This document shows positions 41,842-45,444 of a stretch of DNA of 45,444 nt, in pieces. The number at the start of each line of letters is the position of its first letter. Position 1 is the first letter of the stretch. Position numbers and translations under genes: made by a program. Origin of the DNA: Gammaproteobacteria bacterium (GTDB taxonomy: Bacteria > Pseudomonadota > Gammaproteobacteria > GRL18); assembly GCA_027011205.1 (NCBI GenBank), contig JALVAL010000631.1, positions 1 to 45,444 of the forward strand. The letters run 5' to 3'. The notes beneath the pieces are model-generated. The model had not been told where the DNA came from, searched no databases, and saw only the letters and a list, made by a program, of their open reading frames with translations.

Positions 41842-44800
41842 CTAATCCACCGGAACATAAGCCCTGTAGTCCCCGTAGTATATTACCACGTCCGTGGGCT
41901 TATAGTCCAATTCTGCCTCAACCGTTGAATTCCAATCGCTCCCATCTATAGTCATTTTCAACAAATCATAATTGATCTGAGGAGCTTGTCCGCCGGGATA
42001 TGTCCCCGCCCCGAACCCCCTGATAAGAGGGGCAACAATCCATTTTCCTTTCCTCTGATATACACGGCCCCCTATCCCATAGGATATATCGTTTCCGAGG
42101 TATGATTCGTCTGACATTTGGTTCCCGTACATGACTTGGGCGTGAATATCATACGACAGTCCAAGCCCGTCTTCTGGAACGGGATCGTTTCCAGGGAAAG
42201 AAAGGGAAAAGAGCTGTTGGCTGCTATCTTTTATTCTTGTTCCGTCATATCCCCTCTGAAGGTATGTTCCATAAAGCCCTGGGGCCAAGGCTATTAACTC
42301 CTTATTGTCTGTAATATAATATCCGGTCTCATACCCTTCAATTCTCACCATCGTTTCATTATCAAGCGAAAGAGAGGTTGACGTAGAAATTTGTGTAACG
42401 AAGAAAGAAGATTGATTTCCGTCACCAAAGGTAGCAGTAACCATAACCCAAGCAATATCCGGGCCATAGTCCGCCGAAACATACCATTTGTCAAACGAGT
42501 TAGCAAAATACGCCAAAGTCAAGGTCGGCGACGGGGCTGGCGGAGCCTCCGGATAATCCACCGGGGAAATTTGTTGCGAAAGTATATCGTGAAAAGGTTG
42601 CGACTCCTCATAACCAGAGTAATTCAACAAGCCCGATTCGTCCACTTGAAGATTCATAACCCGGTAATAACTGTCTTTGAGGTTTGTGATTATCCTCACC
42701 CGGTCCCCCACGTGGAAACGCTCCCAGCTTTGGAGTTTGAAGGTGTTGCGGTTATACACCGTGCTAGCAGCTATATACCGGGCCATCATACGGGCCACCA
42801 GCCCATCGGGAGCAATGCTTTGGTTGAGTCTTGAATCTTCCCAATTCAGATTACTTCCGATCATTACCTCATAGGTTTCAACTCTGGTTTTAAGCCCCTT
42901 GTTTTCAAAGTTCGTAGTATCAAAATATGTAACGGAGGCTCGAATATTTGTTTTAATTCCATCCATTATATCCAATGTCCCTTCAATAACATTGGATGAA
43001 TCTACATTATAACTCCCGGTAGTATAAGGCCAATCCTGTATATAGCCTCCTGAAATTTCATAACGCTTTCCTGAATGAATTACGTGATCGAACGGTTCAT
43101 CTATGAAATAGCCGGTTCCGTCTTGTTGAACATTAACCGGATAATCCTTTACATTATACAACGCCCCGTCATCGTCGGGTTTTATGTACTTTGCGGTCAA
43201 CTGACCGTCGTCCACATAAAAGAGGATAGGCATTTGCTTGCTCAAGGTTTTGAGCAACTCTTGGAAAGGAACGGGGTTGTCTATATAAACATTCCAATAC
43301 CAGCCATCGGAGCGAGCTTGTTGAAAAGCGGAAGAGATAGCCGATGTGTTAATGTTCAAAGAGATATTGCGCCTCTGTTCAAAATCATTAACAACAATAT
43401 CCGATACAGGATCAGGATAAGGATATTTCATCCAATGCCCAACTGGTATTCTATATCCATCATCCCAAAAAGACCTTCCTGACCCCATAAGGGTGAAAAG
43501 AGGCCGTGAATCAATATTCCAAAGACTGAACTCTCTCAAAGGCAGATTTCCATCATGAGCATTGTCAACTATGCTCTTATAGTAAAACAACTGAACTGTA
43601 TTACAAACAGTCAAAGTGGTTCCTTTAGGAAGTCCACCCTGAACTGCTTTAGGGTCGAAAAACAAATTGGGCTCGGTCGCTCCGCTGTCTATTGAAGGGC
43701 ACCCCACTTCAGCAAAATAAATCTTCTTGCTGTTCGGAACCCAATCTGTCTGACTGTTTTGAGAGCCGTCTGGATTGTAATTGTAATGATTGTGAGAAAC
43801 CCAATATTTAAGGTTCTTGGCAGCAAAAGCAGGATCGGTTATCGGGGCTGTTCCTCCAACATCGTCTTTCCAATCATCATAATCAGTTATGTAATAATCC
43901 CAATCCCTTCCCTTGGTCCAACCGTCGTAATAATCCTGATAAGCCAAGGTATGGTGTTCTGTCACGCCGTAATAAGCATCGATGAAAACCTCGTCTTGAA
44001 AAGCGAAAAGATCGTCCAACGGTCTCCACCAATACCCGTCATCATCCTTGAATCCGTTTACTTCGCTCCAGTCAGCCGAATACCCAACTAAAACATCGCC
44101 CCAGCCCGCATCGGAAAACTTATTTCTCACCTCTTCCACAATATCCATCAAATACGGAATTGAGGTAAAATGAAACGTCCCGTGAGCATCGGTATAAGTT
44201 CTCACATCGCTCCGATGAGGAGAAGCGTATGTTTTTTGTTGGTTGATTTTTACCAATTCAGAGCAAGCTATGAATCGTTTTGGTTTGAGATTATTATTTA
44301 TGAGAAGGTTAGCATAATAGAGACACTGACTCTTAACCTGGGTCAATAATTCACCTATAGTTTTATGCTCTGGCAACAAGTTGCCTCGCCAAGGCTTTTC
44401 TCCCGGAGGATCAGCAACCTCCATAAAGGAATAGAAAGAAAATTCAAACCCTTGAGAAATAGCATACTGAATCCCTTGAATAAGCCCGTCGTCTGCTGGC
44501 GTTCCTCCATAACAAGGGATTCCGTCTGAATCAAAATAAATCTGCTTTATCTGAGGTTCTCCGTATTGATTGAGAAATTGAACACCCCCTACAGTCGGAT
44601 TATAGTCTGTACAACCTTCCGGGAATCTGGTCTCATACGACACCACTGTGTCTTCGCCTTGACGAACAACCCCGGTATGATATTCCACCCCCCCCGCATT
44701 AACAGGCTTGACCTTCAATTTCATTATTTCTGTATTTTTAGTCTCGGTTCCTACTTGGATGGTGAATCCCATTATTTCTTCATACTTAGGTATTACAAGA

Positions 44801-45444
44801 GTCACAGGGATCAACTCAAACGCATGCATAGGAACAAAACTGTCATCAGCCAAGTCCCAGAACCAAGGAGCAACAAAAGTAAGCCCGATAACATTATCAG
44901 TTCCACCGATGAAATCTTTGACCTCCTTAATAGAGGCTGAAAAATCGGTCTTGCTCTCTGGATTTGTATCATAGGGTTGGTAATCCTTGTTAAAAGGCCA
45001 TTTGTTATAAGTAAGAGCATTCAAAGGCTCCCACTTATCCTTGTAATAATCCACCAGCTTCCATACTTCGGAGTTGTTAAAACACCCGATACTGGTGGAT
45101 ATCACATTTACCCATGCTCCTTTTTGATTATTGTTCTCTGGAAGGGTGGTGGCTAAAAAATCATATTCATCCGAGCCAGGAGTCCGAGTCACAGACACTT
45201 GAAGCGAAGGCATCATGAAAATATTCCGCCCCACTGATCCGTCTAACTCAGCATAGAAAAGGTCTTTGTATTTTTGAGGGTTATCGTAATTGTACTCATT
45301 CCACAACCAAGACACATCGTCTTCATCGCCATTCTTCAAAGTCAACTGAAGAGCGGTGTTGAGTTTCCCATTAACATATATTTCACCTATACGGCAATTT
45401 CCATTAAGCCCTTGAACCAGCCCTAATAACGCCCTAACAAAATA
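41842..45444 (-). CDS. Tail hub / host-specificity protein (lambda gpJ / RcGTA g15-like), C-terminal 1200 codons. The 5' end continues at 145..556 of the window.
   Basis: The listed TTG at 45345 is internal, and the frame is open to the window edge. KKIYFAEVGCPSIDSGATEPNLFFDPK resembles the GTA TIM-barrel-like domain signature. The joined product is about 1337 aa. Confidence 0.85.
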   Translation of the reverse strand, partial: YFVRALLGLVQGLNGNCRIGEIYVNGKLNTALQLTLKNGDEDDVSWLWNEYNYDNPQKYKDLFYAELDGSVGRNIFMMPSLQVSVTRTPGSDEYDFLATTLPENNNQKGAWVNVISTSIGCFNNSEVWKLVDYYKDKWEPLNALTYNKWPFNKDYQPYDTNPESKTDFSASIKEVKDFIGGTDNVIGLTFVAPWFWDLADDSFVPMHAFELIPVTLVIPKYEEIMGFTIQVGTETKNTEIMKLKVKPVNAGGVEYHTGVVRQGEDTVVSYETRFPEGCTDYNPTVGGVQFLNQYGEPQIKQIYFDSDGIPCYGGTPADDGLIQGIQYAISQGFEFSFYSFMEVADPPGEKPWRGNLLPEHKTIGELLTQVKSQCLYYANLLINNNLKPKRFIACSELVKINQQKTYASPHRSDVRTYTDAHGTFHFTSIPYLMDIVEEVRNKFSDAGWGDVLVGYSADWSEVNGFKDDDGYWWRPLDDLFAFQDEVFIDAYYGVTEHHTLAYQDYYDGWTKGRDWDYYITDYDDWKDDVGGTAPITDPAFAAKNLKYWVSHNHYNYNPDGSQNSQTDWVPNSKKIYFAEVGCPSIDSGATEPNLFFDPKAVQGGLPKGTTLTVCNTVQLFYYKSIVDNAHDGNLPLREFSLWNIDSRPLFTLMGSGRSFWDDGYRIPVGHWMKYPYPDPVSDIVVNDFEQRRNISLNINTSAISSAFQQARSDGWYWNVYIDNPVPFQELLKTLSKQMPILFYVDDGQLTAKYIKPDDDGALYNVKDYPVNVQQDGTGYFIDEPFDHVIHSGKRYEISGGYIQDWPYTTGSYNVDSSNVIEGTLDIMDGIKTNIRASVTYFDTTNFENKGLKTRVETYEVMIGSNLNWEDSRLNQSIAPDGLVARMMARYIAASTVYNRNTFKLQSWERFHVGDRVRIITNLKDSYYRVMNLQVDESGLLNYSGYEESQPFHDILSQQISPVDYPEAPPAPSPTLTLAYFANSFDKWYVSADYGPDIAWVMVTATFGDGNQSSFFVTQISTSTSLSLDNETMVRIEGYETGYYITDNKELIALAPGLYGTYLQRGYDGTRIKDSSQQLFSLSFPGNDPVPEDGLGLSYDIHAQVMYGNQMSDESYLGNDISYGIGGRVYQRKGKWIVAPLIRGFGAGTYPGGQAPQINYDLLKMTIDGSDWNSTVEAELDYKPTDVVIYYGDYRAYVPVD
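45300..45444. repeat. Terminal overlap copy 2, which matches 1-145.
   Basis: Direct comparison of the window ends. The single mismatch at 45426 is synonymous (TTA vs CTA, both Leu) in the minus-strand frame. Confidence 0.95.

Noticed and set aside
1-45444. A lysogeny module (integrase, repressor, excisionase), attachment sites, a reverse transcriptase/DGR, or known defence or anti-defence genes.
   Set aside because: I scanned all ORF translations and found no tyrosine or serine recombinase motifs, no HTH repressor pair at the divergent region and no RT motifs. Small unknown ORFs (27011..27909, 28803..29645) could hide anti-defence functions, but nothing in the sequence supports a specific call.

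Overview
The window is a complete, circularly closed dsDNA phage genome. The unit length is 45,299 bp, and bases 1-145 recur at 45300-45444 with one mismatch. A long tape-measure gene and the absence of a sheath gene indicate a siphovirus-type virion. I found no integrase, repressor, tRNA, rRNA or CRISPR array.

Two transcription arms diverge from a control region at 14786-15133.
- Leftward late arm (minus strand): small Cys-rich protein, TerS, TerL, portal, Mu-F-like head protein, scaffold, P22-coat-like capsid, connector and neck proteins, tail terminator, tail tube, G/GT chaperones made by a -1 frameshift, tape measure, then a lambda M-L-K-J / RcGTA g13-g15-like tail tip. The roughly 1337-aa hub gene crosses the artificial window junction (556 -> 1 joins 45444 -> 41842). 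The arm continues through a tail fiber, an unusual 6.6-kb block of eight exported or membrane proteins (including three paralogous signal-peptide beta-helix proteins), further large structural-like proteins and a SleB-like endolysin ending at 28406.
- Rightward arm (plus strand, 15134-28405): a KOW-like early protein, AEP primase-polymerase, SNF2 helicase, HNH endonuclease, SF1 helicase, family-A DNA polymerase with proofreading, SSB, DnaQ-like exonuclease, VRR-NUC nuclease, small membrane proteins and dCMP deaminase.

The most notable content is a contiguous PurA-like / MazG-like / HD-phosphohydrolase triad at 24499-26148. It resembles the purZ-mazZ-datZ module that replaces adenine with 2-aminoadenine (Z) in cyanophage S-2L-type genomes.

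Other sequence-level signals:
- consensus sigma70-like promoters, one of them tandemly duplicated
- an intrinsic terminator after the capsid gene
- an orphan minus-strand terminator next to a perfect 13-bp (GTCT)n inverted repeat upstream of the replication genes
- a T-tract frame break in the signal-peptide region of one beta-helix paralog

All calls come from reading the sequence and recalling motifs. No database searches were run.
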